Shown in pieces: positions 49,619 to 59,495 of a stretch of DNA of 64,000 nt (its first letter is position 1; every line of letters begins with the position of its first letter). Source of the DNA: Candidatus Heimdallarchaeota archaeon. GTDB taxonomy: Archaea; Asgardarchaeota; Heimdallarchaeia; Heimdallarchaeales; Heimdallarchaeaceae. A model generated the notes under the pieces. That model searched no databases. It was not told the DNA's origin and worked only from the letters and a program-made list of their open reading frames with translations. The stretch covers positions 128,001-192,000 of the forward strand of contig JAHLWR010000004.1 in assembly GCA_019057815.1 (NCBI GenBank). The letters run 5' to 3'. Position numbers and translations under genes: made by a program.

Positions 49619-52600
49619 TCCAAATTCTGTGGTTGATATCTTGCGAAATTAGTTTTAAATGTCGTATAATACAATGTGTAAAACAACACAGGCGCTATAA
49701 CGAAACACATTATTATTCCTATGAGTGGTACCTTTATGACGTAATTTATTCCTTCATAGAAATATACATTTATCATATAGAGAAAGATTTGCATTAGACC
49801 AAAACCAGCTGCTGTTCCAATAGCTAATCCTGGCAATAGTCCTGCAATAAAAATCTCTAAAGCTGTCATCCTTATTATTCGCTTTTTTGATATTCCCATT
49901 TTCATTAATTTGTCATATTTAGCAGCTCTTCTTCCAAGAAGCTTAATTGGGTTCGTGACACTTATGAAAACTATTGCAGCTATACAAACTAATAGAGCAA
50001 AAACGAACTCTGCGACTATTACTGAATAAAATGGGAATGTGTTAAATCGCATATCTTCTGCTTCTTCTTTAGCTGAAACGACTTTAATATCCCATCTTTC
50101 AGCGATTTCTTCTGCTAATTCCTTATGATTCTCAAATTCATCCTTTAGATTGATTAAAAGTCTGTCTCTATATGTACCTTTAATAGAATCGAAAGTTTCT
50201 TCCATTAAAACAAAATTTTCTTGAGTCGTAACTAATGCATTTTTTCTTGAAATAACAGTTTCATCATAAGGACCATATGCGTGGAAAACTGGGAAGTAAT
50301 CAAATTCACCAATTATGTTGAATTCTACTCCTTCAGTAACAGAACCATCGTAGATGAATTTGAACTCATCGATGTCACCTTCTTTGTTCACAAATATTTG
50401 GAAAGGTTCTGAAACAAGCATTGATGTATTTTGTTTAAGAGTTGGTAGATCCGTCTCCCAATTCCGATACATCTTTTTCGGTATCCGATACGCTGTTTGT
50501 ATGAAGTCGTCTATATCGTCAATTGCGTAAATGTCAACACTTTTACCTTTGTATATAGTATCAATTAAGGAGACATTAGCAACACTTTCTACTTCAGGAA
50601 GAGATTTTATATAATTTAGAATCGTAATATTCTGGTCGTCCCAATACTTAACATAAAGATCGCTTCCTGCAGCGAAATAAGCATCTTTTTCATAATTATA
50701 TTGGATTGTTATTGGGACAACAAATGATGGGATTAGAATAGCAAAGATTGTTATGTAAGATAGGAAAATGTTATTGAAGAGTTCAACATCTGACCTTATT
50801 TCTACAAGTGAGAACGTTTTAATCGTCTTCCTTATTGCCCATAAAACCTTACTTAAAACAATCATGAAAATGTTGTGAATATCCTTTATTAGTAATCCAA
50901 CTCCCAATAACAGGATTAATATCCCTATTCCAGCCATATAGATAAATGACATCAGAATCGTTACTCCTTGAACAGGATCAAGTCTACCTTCAAGGAAGCT
51001 TCTTAGAAAAATAGCTCCAGCTACTATACCTCCACCGATTAGAATTAGTAAGAGTCTATTGCGTTTGATTTTCGTTAATAAACTTGAAAGTCTTCTTGGT
51101 ACCTTTCTATCTTTAGTTTTTTTCCCTTTAGAAAGCTGTATAACTTTTGGCAGAGAAACTAAAACTAAAGAAAAGAAAGAAAATACCATAGCTAATTTTG
51201 CATAAGAAAAACTTATTGAGTAAAATGTAGCTTTGAAGCTGAGTAAATTATCTATTTTTAGTAGTAATGGGACTAATATCATCGCCCCCCCTATTCCAAT
51301 GAATGTTGCTATTAATGATTCTGCGAATTTAAAAGATGTGTATTTTATTCCAATCTTGAAGATTGATTCACCTTTTGATTGTAAAATGTCAATCTCTTGC
51401 TCAAAGCTAGTAGTAAAAAGTTCGTTTGTTTCAAAAACAAGAAATATGGCCAGGAAAAGTACAGGTACAGCTAATATGTAAAATAAGAATTGTGAAGATG
51501 CTAGGTTAGGCTCGAAAATGTTAATTATCATTATGAATTCATTTTCTTGTGTCCACCATCCAGAAGGAGCAAATTTTAAAGAATGATAGTTTTCTAAAAC
51601 TAAATTATTGACTTCATTCTTCAAATAGGATATCTCATTTAGTTCTATAAGATTAAAATCGTAAATGAATTGAATATCAAGGGTTATCAATGTATTTAAT
51701 GGTTCAATTTCAGAAATACTATCGAAATATAAGTCATGGAAAGTGAAAGCACAAAACATTTTCTGAAGATCCTTTGAAATATCAAAGGGAACGTTGTTTT
51801 CAATACACAACTCCTTCAAGTCTACTGAATAAGTGTCAAATAGGCCTACTACAGTGAAGTTGGCATAAGTACTTCCTAAATGATAAATATAGTTGGTTCC
51901 CCAGCACGTGATATTTTCACCAACTCCTGTTTCCATGGAGATTGCGGTAGCATATGATAAGATAATTTCTCCTTTTTCTTCAGGAACTCTACCTTCGATA
52001 AGTAGACTCTCTATAATTGGAAGATAATTGTCTGAAAGTCCAATGTAACTGCTTGTTTGAATAGTACTATAGAGAATGTCGCCAGTTAAAGTCATTGTTA
52101 TTGACATTGAATATTCAAAACCTACAATCATCTTATCTAAGGTAACAGATTGTCTTGATATAGTCTCAAATACTTCGTTAAAAACCAATCCAGGAAAATC
52201 AGAAATAAAAGTTCCTTCTTGAGGGTGATATCTATTTTCATAAGGATAAAATACGCTTAATGAAGGCAAATTGTTACTAGTCAGATCTATTTGTTCAGTA
52301 TATTCTATTAAGATATTTTGTTGTTTTGAATCAAATAGAATCACGCTGGTAATTATAATAATTGACAAAACTGATAAACCTAATATACTAACCAAATAAC
52401 GTCTTTTATTAGCTTTAAAAAGTATAAAAAGCGTTGTAAAGAAATTAAAAATAAAAAGCCAAAAGTTTAACGCAACAAGTTTTGCTTTTTTTGTATTTTG
52501 GTAAACTGGTCTAGTTAAGAATTTCTTTATATTTGCATATATTTTGTTTATCCACTTGAAAAAGATCAAGTAAATCAAACCTAAGCTTACAATAACTATT

Positions 52601-53934
52601 GTCAAAGGCATTCCAGCTTTTTGCCAGAATAATGAAAAAGCAGTCAATTTCTCAATGTAGTAGTAAATTGCTTTTTCTGGCAAATCTAAAGGTAAATTGC
52701 TAGTGATAAGAAATGAAATATAACTGGTATTATAGAATAAAGGTTCATCTAAATATGACTTGGATAATAGAGTTGTTCTACAAAAGACATAAGATTCTTG
52801 ATTCCTCCAATCCATTGAAAAAGAACTAAAAATATCTCCTGGGACAGCGTGGGAGAGAGAAATTAACTCTTTCGAAATGTCTGTTTGATTAGCTTTTACG
52901 ATTACTATGTCAGCACTATATTCCTTATTTGAAAAGAAGTTTTCATAACTCATATACGGACCAGAGCTTATTCCTACGTATGTGTTGTTACCTAAAGTTT
53001 GTAGTTGTATGTCTAGATATTTATAAACCCCTATATCGATTTCTTTAAACATAGCAAAACTGACATCTGATTCAATAGGAAACACACATGAATAGAGTTT
53101 CCCATTTCTCAAAAGAACATAATGACCCATTTCTTTGTCATCAATATCTAACAAAGTGTCGAATTCTCCTTCAGTGGAAAACCATTGACTCACTATGGTA
53201 TTCTCTTCTTGCGATGTTCTGATGATTGTGTGATTCCTAAATCCTTCTCCTCCCCCTGTCAATAGAAAGAATGCATAGACCGTTCCATTTACCCAGAAGA
53301 TTTTTTGGAGATTGGGATAATCTATAAGGATTTTCCAACTATCCTCTTCGATGTTTGAAGGACCTTTTATTGAGAAATGCCATACCCGCACATAAGTCCG
53401 CTCTGAAAGCATGCTGTAAGGTACACTCTCCCCAATTATTAGATGAAAATCTTCTGCATTTTTATACATCCAAAAATTAAGTGTTTGCCATCGGGGATTA
53501 GTAGCGAAAATAGGCGTGACTTCTCCTCCAGAACTGTAAGTCCAAGTGTAAATTTTGAAGTCATAATATGCTGTGCTTCCTCTATAAGCAAAAATCAGTT
53601 GAACTCCATCATCGACATCTGAAACTTCGAAGATTTCTTCAACATATTCTTCTTTAACAACTAAGTGTGTCTGGTTACCATGAACATGATAAATAACAAA
53701 AGTACCATTTTCATACCTAACTTGAACAAAAAGGTGAAGAGCATTTCTGTCATCAAGAATTGTCTTGGTCTGAATTTTTGTAATAGTTAGTTCTTGCTCA
53801 AGGAGAAAATAAACTTGTTCGTTTTCAGCATAATCCTCTTGTATTGATGAATGAACGATAAAATCATTTGTAGCAACTATAGAAAAAGTGAACAATAGTA
53901 GAATGCTTAAGACTAGTAACTTTCGCTTTATCAC
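49615..53934 (-). CDS. Giant FtsX/MacB-like ABC permease (paralog of 29531-33859)
   Basis: EGRVP..GEI, EIDILQSKGES, GSDL, FPFYSVIVAEF; ends YQPQNLE. Confidence 0.8.
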   Translation of the reverse strand: MIKRKLLVLSILLLFTFSIVATNDFIVHSSIQEDYAENEQVYFLLEQELTITKIQTKTILDDRNALHLFVQVRYENGTFVIYHVHGNQTHLVVKEEYVEEIFEVSDVDDGVQLIFAYRGSTAYYDFKIYTWTYSSGGEVTPIFATNPRWQTLNFWMYKNAEDFHLIIGESVPYSMLSERTYVRVWHFSIKGPSNIEEDSWKILIDYPNLQKIFWVNGTVYAFFLLTGGGEGFRNHTIIRTSQEENTIVSQWFSTEGEFDTLLDIDDKEMGHYVLLRNGKLYSCVFPIESDVSFAMFKEIDIGVYKYLDIQLQTLGNNTYVGISSGPYMSYENFFSNKEYSADIVIVKANQTDISKELISLSHAVPGDIFSSFSMDWRNQESYVFCRTTLLSKSYLDEPLFYNTSYISFLITSNLPLDLPEKAIYYYIEKLTAFSLFWQKAGMPLTIVIVSLGLIYLIFFKWINKIYANIKKFLTRPVYQNTKKAKLVALNFWLFIFNFFTTLFILFKANKRRYLVSILGLSVLSIIIITSVILFDSKQQNILIEYTEQIDLTSNNLPSLSVFYPYENRYHPQEGTFISDFPGLVFNEVFETISRQSVTLDKMIVGFEYSMSITMTLTGDILYSTIQTSSYIGLSDNYLPIIESLLIEGRVPEEKGEIILSYATAISMETGVGENITCWGTNYIYHLGSTYANFTVVGLFDTYSVDLKELCIENNVPFDISKDLQKMFCAFTFHDLYFDSISEIEPLNTLITLDIQFIYDFNLIELNEISYLKNEVNNLVLENYHSLKFAPSGWWTQENEFIMIINIFEPNLASSQFLFYILAVPVLFLAIFLVFETNELFTTSFEQEIDILQSKGESIFKIGIKYTSFKFAESLIATFIGIGGAMILVPLLLKIDNLLSFKATFYSISFSYAKLAMVFSFFSLVLVSLPKVIQLSKGKKTKDRKVPRRLSSLLTKIKRNRLLLILIGGGIVAGAIFLRSFLEGRLDPVQGVTILMSFIYMAGIGILILLLGVGLLIKDIHNIFMIVLSKVLWAIRKTIKTFSLVEIRSDVELFNNIFLSYITIFAILIPSFVVPITIQYNYEKDAYFAAGSDLYVKYWDDQNITILNYIKSLPEVESVANVSLIDTIYKGKSVDIYAIDDIDDFIQTAYRIPKKMYRNWETDLPTLKQNTSMLVSEPFQIFVNKEGDIDEFKFIYDGSVTEGVEFNIIGEFDYFPVFHAYGPYDETVISRKNALVTTQENFVLMEETFDSIKGTYRDRLLINLKDEFENHKELAEEIAERWDIKVVSAKEEAEDMRFNTFPFYSVIVAEFVFALLVCIAAIVFISVTNPIKLLGRRAAKYDKLMKMGISKKRIIRMTALEIFIAGLLPGLAIGTAAGFGLMQIFLYMINVYFYEGINYVIKVPLIGIIMCFVIAPVLFYTLYYTTFKTNFARYQPQNLE

Positions 53935-53984
53935 GTTTTTATGATTATTGAACTACTTATATATTTATCGTGCCTTGATGTTTA

Positions 53985-54086
53985 AAGTTTTGAGAATAGG
54001 TATTCTGAAATATTGATGCTTCAGTCGTTAAAACTTGATTTTTAACCGAAAATGCTTGTTAAACACTTCAAGTTTTGAGAATAGGT
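53985..54086. repeat. 17-bp direct repeat upstream of the permease gene
   Basis: AAGTTTTGAGAATAGGT at 53985 and 54070. Confidence 0.75.
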
Positions 54087-54182
54087 TCATAATTTTTTTG
54101 TTGAAAAAAGTTCCGAAGTGATGATTGTAAGAAATTAAAATTAAAATAGAAGAGCTAAAATTTGTTGATCAACAAACTGATA

Positions 54183-55022
54183 TTAGCTTTCCTTTTCTTG
54201 TATTTTGTCTTTTTCAGACTCTTTCGTCATCCTTTTTGAAAGAAAACTGGCTAGTGCTAACATTATGATTAAAACCCCAAATATAATGTAAAATATGAGG
54301 TTAAACTGCCCAGCAGCAGCTTCAAATTGTTCTGGACTCAAACTAGCTATATAATCCGGAGAATGACCATCCAATAATTGGACACCAAAGAATGAATAAA
54401 ATATTGCACGGGGAATAGATCCAATAAATGTTGCAAGCGTGTATTGTTTCCATTTTAGATTCGATATGCCTGCAGCGTAAGATACTGGATCAAACATGAT
54501 TATGGGAACAGCTCTTCCTACAATTATAGCCCATATCCCCCATTTTTCAATCCATATATCCATAAACAAAATGAAACGATCAGCAAAACCAACATATTCA
54601 CCAGTAGCTTCTAAAATAGGTCTTCCACCTTTATTGGAAAGGTAGTATGTGACTAATCCACTTAATAAGGAACCAACTGTTCCTATTATCACACCAGGCC
54701 ATAATCCAAAAATCATTCCTCCAGACAACAATATCAACTCTGAAGGGATAGGAACTATTAAACTTTGTAAAATCATTATACCTAAAAATACGATATAAGC
54801 CCAAAACCCAATCTCTAGTAAAGGAAGAATGAAGTAATCTTTAACTATTGTAAATAAAAATGTTTTATCTATAAATGTTAAAACTAAAACTGCTATAGAA
54901 ATAATGACTATTAATACAAAAGCACTTACAGCAATAATCTTTTTTTTCGTCCAAGAAACTTTCTTTCGACCTGCAGAAGTTCTTTTTTCTTCAACTATAG
55001 AATCTGTTTGTGATTCAGGCAT
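54183..55022 (-). CDS. DedA/VTT (TVP38/TMEM64) membrane protein
   Basis: LQSLIVPIPSE, GGMIFG, GRAVPIIMFD..SYAAG, YTLATFIG. Confidence 0.88.
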   Translation of the reverse strand: MPESQTDSIVEEKRTSAGRKKVSWTKKKIIAVSAFVLIVIISIAVLVLTFIDKTFLFTIVKDYFILPLLEIGFWAYIVFLGIMILQSLIVPIPSELILLSGGMIFGLWPGVIIGTVGSLLSGLVTYYLSNKGGRPILEATGEYVGFADRFILFMDIWIEKWGIWAIIVGRAVPIIMFDPVSYAAGISNLKWKQYTLATFIGSIPRAIFYSFFGVQLLDGHSPDYIASLSPEQFEAAAGQFNLIFYIIFGVLIIMLALASFLSKRMTKESEKDKIQEKES

Positions 55023-55164
55023 CGACTTGATTTTTGCACAATACTACAAAAATCTTGCTCTTTGGGTCAACACTCGCAGATTAAGCGCTAAAGAACAATC
55101 ATTAAGTTTCTTGGAGAAATAAACAAAAGTTCATATATGTTTGAAACATTTTATTAAATGTTCC

Positions 55165-56796
55165 ATGAATGAATCAACAGAAGACTCTGAAATTGATAGT
55201 TTAATCAAGCAGCTAAAATATAGCTCTATACCTCTACAAAGAGAAAGAGCTGCGTACATACTATCCAATGTTAGAGATTCTAAAGTTTTAGAGGCTCTGT
55301 TAAGTGCTCAATTAAATGATCCAAGCCCTCGAGTAAGAGATGCTGCTTCTCAAGCGCTTGCATCTCTAATAACCGATGATGAATTAGATGAAGAAGAGCA
55401 AGGGATTGATCGGCTTTTACTAGAAAACAAAGATAAAGTAAAACAATTATTCAATATTACTAAAGATTTTGAAATAATAAGAAAAGGGATGAAAAAAGTC
55501 AGATCTAGTGGGAAAGATTCACTGGAACTTCGTCAACTTTTCAAAGCAGTAAAACAAGATAGGTTTCTTCAAAGCCAACCAAATATTAATAGTGTTATTA
55601 ACGCTATACTTCTGCTCCCAATTGAAGATTCTGATTTAGGGAGAGATGTAGCTATAGCTCTTACAGAAATATTGAGAGTTACATCGAATGAATCTGAAAG
55701 AATGAACGCAATGGGATGTTTGAACAATATCATAACAAACATTGATAAGTACACTCCTTTATTCGGTATAGCTGAATCATACATAATGATTTTCAAAGCT
55801 ACAGATGAATCTGAGATGCGAATAACTGCTTTCAAATGCTTAGAAGAGATAATTTTCAAGCGGAAATCATTAGCTAAATTAAGTCAATACACAAGTGATA
55901 TCATAAAATTGCTAACTTTTTCATATGAAAAACAGTTAAGAGAAATAACTCTTTTTGCTTACCCTGATTTAATTCTAGCAACAAAAGAAAAGATAAGCTA
56001 TCTAGTGGATATAATGATAGGGATAGCTAGAGCAACATATGAGGATAACTTAAGAGAGATGGGATTAAAGGCTCTGGAAGCATTATTGAAAAAGGAACAG
56101 CTAACGGAATTAAACGTTGAAAGAATTATTAAAATATTAAAATCTCATCACGATAAAAACATACGAACGAGAGGAATAGAACTGTTTATGCAGTTGGTCT
56201 TTCAGTTCAATTCTGAAACAATAGAATATCCTTTAAGTGCGCTTTTCAACATTATGATGAAAATAAAACAAGAAGATATTTGTTATACTTCTTTACAAAC
56301 AATTAGCAATTTTGCATTTAAACATGATTTGTCAAAAAATGTTAAAATAATTTTCCAGTTTGTGGAAAAAATAGCTTTAAGCGCAAGTCATCCGTTAATT
56401 GTAAATCGCGCTTTCCAGATTGTTGATAGTATTGTACTAAATTTTCCTGAGAAGGTTACTGAAGATTTTTCGACCAGTTTTGTTGAATGTTTAAAGATTC
56501 ACATTGATTTGGGGGTTATGGATCAAGTAATAACTACTTTTACAAAATTATTTACGGTGAGAGATATAATTCCATCAGATTTGAAACAATATATCAAAAC
56601 CCTTCTTTACCTATCAAATGATACAGAAATCCTTGAAAGTTTACTAAGCTTCTTTACTGAATCAATGATAACTAACGATAAAGTATTAGCTGAAAAAGTA
56701 ATTAATAGATTAATGGAAATTATGAGTTTGAATAAGGATAAGGAAAGTGTCTTCTACGAATTGTCAAATCTTGATATCAGTGAGTTTCTGTATTAG
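55165..56796 (+). CDS. HEAT/ARM-repeat alpha-solenoid protein
   Basis: DPSPRVRDAA followed by ~40 aa repeats (ERMNAM, MRITAF, LREMGL, IRTRGI). Confidence 0.75.
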   Translation: MNESTEDSEIDSLIKQLKYSSIPLQRERAAYILSNVRDSKVLEALLSAQLNDPSPRVRDAASQALASLITDDELDEEEQGIDRLLLENKDKVKQLFNITKDFEIIRKGMKKVRSSGKDSLELRQLFKAVKQDRFLQSQPNINSVINAILLLPIEDSDLGRDVAIALTEILRVTSNESERMNAMGCLNNIITNIDKYTPLFGIAESYIMIFKATDESEMRITAFKCLEEIIFKRKSLAKLSQYTSDIIKLLTFSYEKQLREITLFAYPDLILATKEKISYLVDIMIGIARATYEDNLREMGLKALEALLKKEQLTELNVERIIKILKSHHDKNIRTRGIELFMQLVFQFNSETIEYPLSALFNIMMKIKQEDICYTSLQTISNFAFKHDLSKNVKIIFQFVEKIALSASHPLIVNRAFQIVDSIVLNFPEKVTEDFSTSFVECLKIHIDLGVMDQVITTFTKLFTVRDIIPSDLKQYIKTLLYLSNDTEILESLLSFFTESMITNDKVLAEKVINRLMEIMSLNKDKESVFYELSNLDISEFLY

Positions 56797-56810
56797 AAAA
56801 AAAGAAGTTA

Positions 56811-57593
56811 TTAGAAAATCGCTAACCAAAAGAGAAATTGAGAGAAAATAAACAGACTAACAATAATTACAATATCTCTTGTTTTAAATTTGAAATCATT
56901 AATAACTTCTCTAAATAAAAAGGGAGAAAATACTGAAATGAGCAAGAAGAAGACTCCAGGTTTGTATAAGTTGATTACAAATTGATTATAATCTACTGGA
57001 CTAGTAAATGCATTGAACATAAAAAAGGTTATTACTGCAAAATCAGCTAAAATATAGATTAAGAAGGGAATTCGAATTATTTTATGTAAATTTTTCTTGA
57101 AAGCTATAAATAGAATTGGAATATAGAAGAAGAAAATATCTGTGTAGAAATCTGTTACTTGTAATAATCTAAGCTGTATTTCTGAAAAGGCAGCAACAGG
57201 AACAATGACAAAGCTAATCTCTTGAGCAGAAAAAGGCCAAAATAATAGTACGTATGACAAATACAATGTATCTAACATAACATGTACAAACATTCCTATA
57301 CCGAAACCAATGGCAAAATGGAGTAAATTGAAATTCTCAATTTGTTTAATTTTTGGGATAAAATAAACTCCTATAAGTATTGCTGTAAAAAGAAACACCA
57401 TAAACAAACTGTGTGTAAAACTTCTATGAATCTCCATAGCAGCTGTTTCACCAGCTATGAGATATACAAGACCTGTAATAAAAATGTCAATATCAGGGAA
57501 GATAGCTCCAGAAACAGCGCCCAATTTGTAGTCTTTCTTCTTATTTAGACTAGCAAGTACTAACCCTGATAGAAGATGAACTCCACCTTGCAT
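56811..57593 (-). CDS. Membrane metal-dependent hydrolase (YdjM-like)
   Basis: H, PDID, HRSFTHS, HVMLD, LFWPF. Confidence 0.85.
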   Translation of the reverse strand: MQGGVHLLSGLVLASLNKKKDYKLGAVSGAIFPDIDIFITGLVYLIAGETAAMEIHRSFTHSLFMVFLFTAILIGVYFIPKIKQIENFNLLHFAIGFGIGMFVHVMLDTLYLSYVLLFWPFSAQEISFVIVPVAAFSEIQLRLLQVTDFYTDIFFFYIPILFIAFKKNLHKIIRIPFLIYILADFAVITFFMFNAFTSPVDYNQFVINLYKPGVFFLLISVFSPFLFREVINDFKFKTRDIVIIVSLFIFSQFLFWLAIF

Positions 57594-57760
57594 ACACTGG
57601 TTAGAATATTTTTCTTTTATAACAGTTTTGTATATCTAACCTTTTGCAAATTCTATGAATTACGGATTAGTGAGCAATTTAAGAAATTTCTTCCCTTTTT
57701 GTAAGTTTTTTATAGTGTAAACTTTGAAAATGTTGAAGTAATAGTAACATTGATATCTTA

Positions 57761-59101
57761 GTGCTTTTTTTCTCTCCTATGTATAAAAAAAGTGCAAGTG
57801 AGATAAATATTGATCTTCTAAAGAAGCATGAATTGGATGACTATCTAACATCTCTTTCAATAGATGATAAGGAATTAAAATACCTAGACGAGCAAAGATT
57901 GCTTCTAAAGATTCTTGGTAGTAAACCTCATTTAGCAGTACAACTCTTAATCCATTTAGATTGGTATCAACCTCAATCTGCTTTCCAGCTTGCGCAGAAA
58001 ATAAGTGAAGAATATGGTCGTGATCTAACATCGGGTAATAATCTCTTATTTATTACCTCATTCCTACGAAGGTTAACAAAACTCAACTATCTAACAAAAG
58101 AAACAATTAAGGATAGCTTAAATCGAAAAATAGAGGGATATACTTTAAAAAAGGAGAAACAATTACTCTCTTTTCTTACAGTGAAAAACTTGATAGAACA
58201 TCAAAAGAAACCTCTAATCGATTTCTTCGCAGTAATTATCTACTTTAATGAAAAAATAGGAACTATAATGGATAAGAATAATAGACCTATATCTTTTGAT
58301 ATTTCTATTATAATTACACAGCTAGTACAAACAGGACTGCAACTAGATACGAGTATGGACGTTATAAACATCTGTTTCCCCCAATTCTATCGCGATATGC
58401 CAACAAATGAGATTCTGGACATAGTATGTCAAGCATTAAACCATATTGATCCTACAGGAATACTTTCACAAACCTTTCGAAGAATAAACTCAGGTGTTGT
58501 TTGGGTAAGAGAAATGCAGAGAGAAATAAAATACTCTGATATAAGTGCGCTAATTAGTGAAATTAATCCAGATTCTTCAAGTTCAATCGCTAATAAAATG
58601 GCAGATGGAGTATTGAGCAAACTCCGTATTCTAGGTTTTCGTAGTCTGAGTTTTGAAACTATTAGAGCTATTGTTACAGAAGAAATAGCCTCTTTCCAGA
58701 CTGAAAATGATTACGCTGTGTGTAAATCTTTATTCAAACAAGTTGATCACGAAATGATTAAATCTGATATTAAAACAGCTGCTTTAAAATTGCAGAGAAC
58801 AGGTTATCATCTCTTCAAATCGCTCTTTCATCAAGTAGCTGTAATTCCACCTGAAACAGCTCAGGGTGTTTTTTCAAATAGTACAAAAGTTGTTCAGAGT
58901 TATATTCAAGAATCATTTAAACAAAGTGATCCAGGAAGGAAAAGTTTTGAGTTCATAGCTCTAAGAACAGCAAAGAATCTTTTTAAGATGAGTTCTAGAG
59001 TAGAATATATTACAGATGATAATTATTACATGGTTGAAGAAATATATGAAGGGATGGAAGCTATGCTAGAATATTTGGATTTGATTATTGATAATATGTA
59101 A
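57761..59101 (+). CDS. Hypothetical protein with wHTH-like and ATP-cone-like domains
   Basis: LRRLTKLNYLTKE..IEGY wing; IMDKNNRPISFDISII..TGL resembles an ATP cone. Confidence 0.5.
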   Translation: MLFFSPMYKKSASEINIDLLKKHELDDYLTSLSIDDKELKYLDEQRLLLKILGSKPHLAVQLLIHLDWYQPQSAFQLAQKISEEYGRDLTSGNNLLFITSFLRRLTKLNYLTKETIKDSLNRKIEGYTLKKEKQLLSFLTVKNLIEHQKKPLIDFFAVIIYFNEKIGTIMDKNNRPISFDISIIITQLVQTGLQLDTSMDVINICFPQFYRDMPTNEILDIVCQALNHIDPTGILSQTFRRINSGVVWVREMQREIKYSDISALISEINPDSSSSIANKMADGVLSKLRILGFRSLSFETIRAIVTEEIASFQTENDYAVCKSLFKQVDHEMIKSDIKTAALKLQRTGYHLFKSLFHQVAVIPPETAQGVFSNSTKVVQSYIQESFKQSDPGRKSFEFIALRTAKNLFKMSSRVEYITDDNYYMVEEIYEGMEAMLEYLDLIIDNM

Positions 59102-59103
59102 AA

Positions 59104-59397
59104 CTAGTTGATTGCTTTTTCAATCACTGTGCTAAGTCTGTTGATAAATTCTTCCGCAAGCTTTTTGTTTTCAACACCATAAACTAGAATTTTACCTGTC
59201 GGAAAAAGAGATATTTTGTATTGTTTATCTTCAGATTGGAAAATAAGAACAACGCTTGTAGCTCTTAAGAGAGTAAAATGTTCTAAAGATCTTTCGAAAT
59301 CTTGTTTTAAAGCAATAATAGGGATTTTAAGATTTTTATCAGGAATAGCTTGGAAACCTACTTTGTTTTTGCATGGTGTAATAGTTGTGTAAAACAT
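59104..59397 (-). CDS. Small protein with TBP-like half-domain (helix-grip) signature
   Basis: KISLFPTGKILVYGV followed by an amphipathic helix; ATG at 59397. Confidence 0.55.
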   Translation of the reverse strand: MFYTTITPCKNKVGFQAIPDKNLKIPIIALKQDFERSLEHFTLLRATSVVLIFQSEDKQYKISLFPTGKILVYGVENKKLAEEFINRLSTVIEKAIN

Positions 59398-59495
59398 AGC
59401 GTCACTAATGCTCTGGTAAATGCTTAGCTTTTTCAACTTTCGTATAAATGATTTGAGGAGAAAAATATACAATTAAATATCTTTAAAAAACTAAA

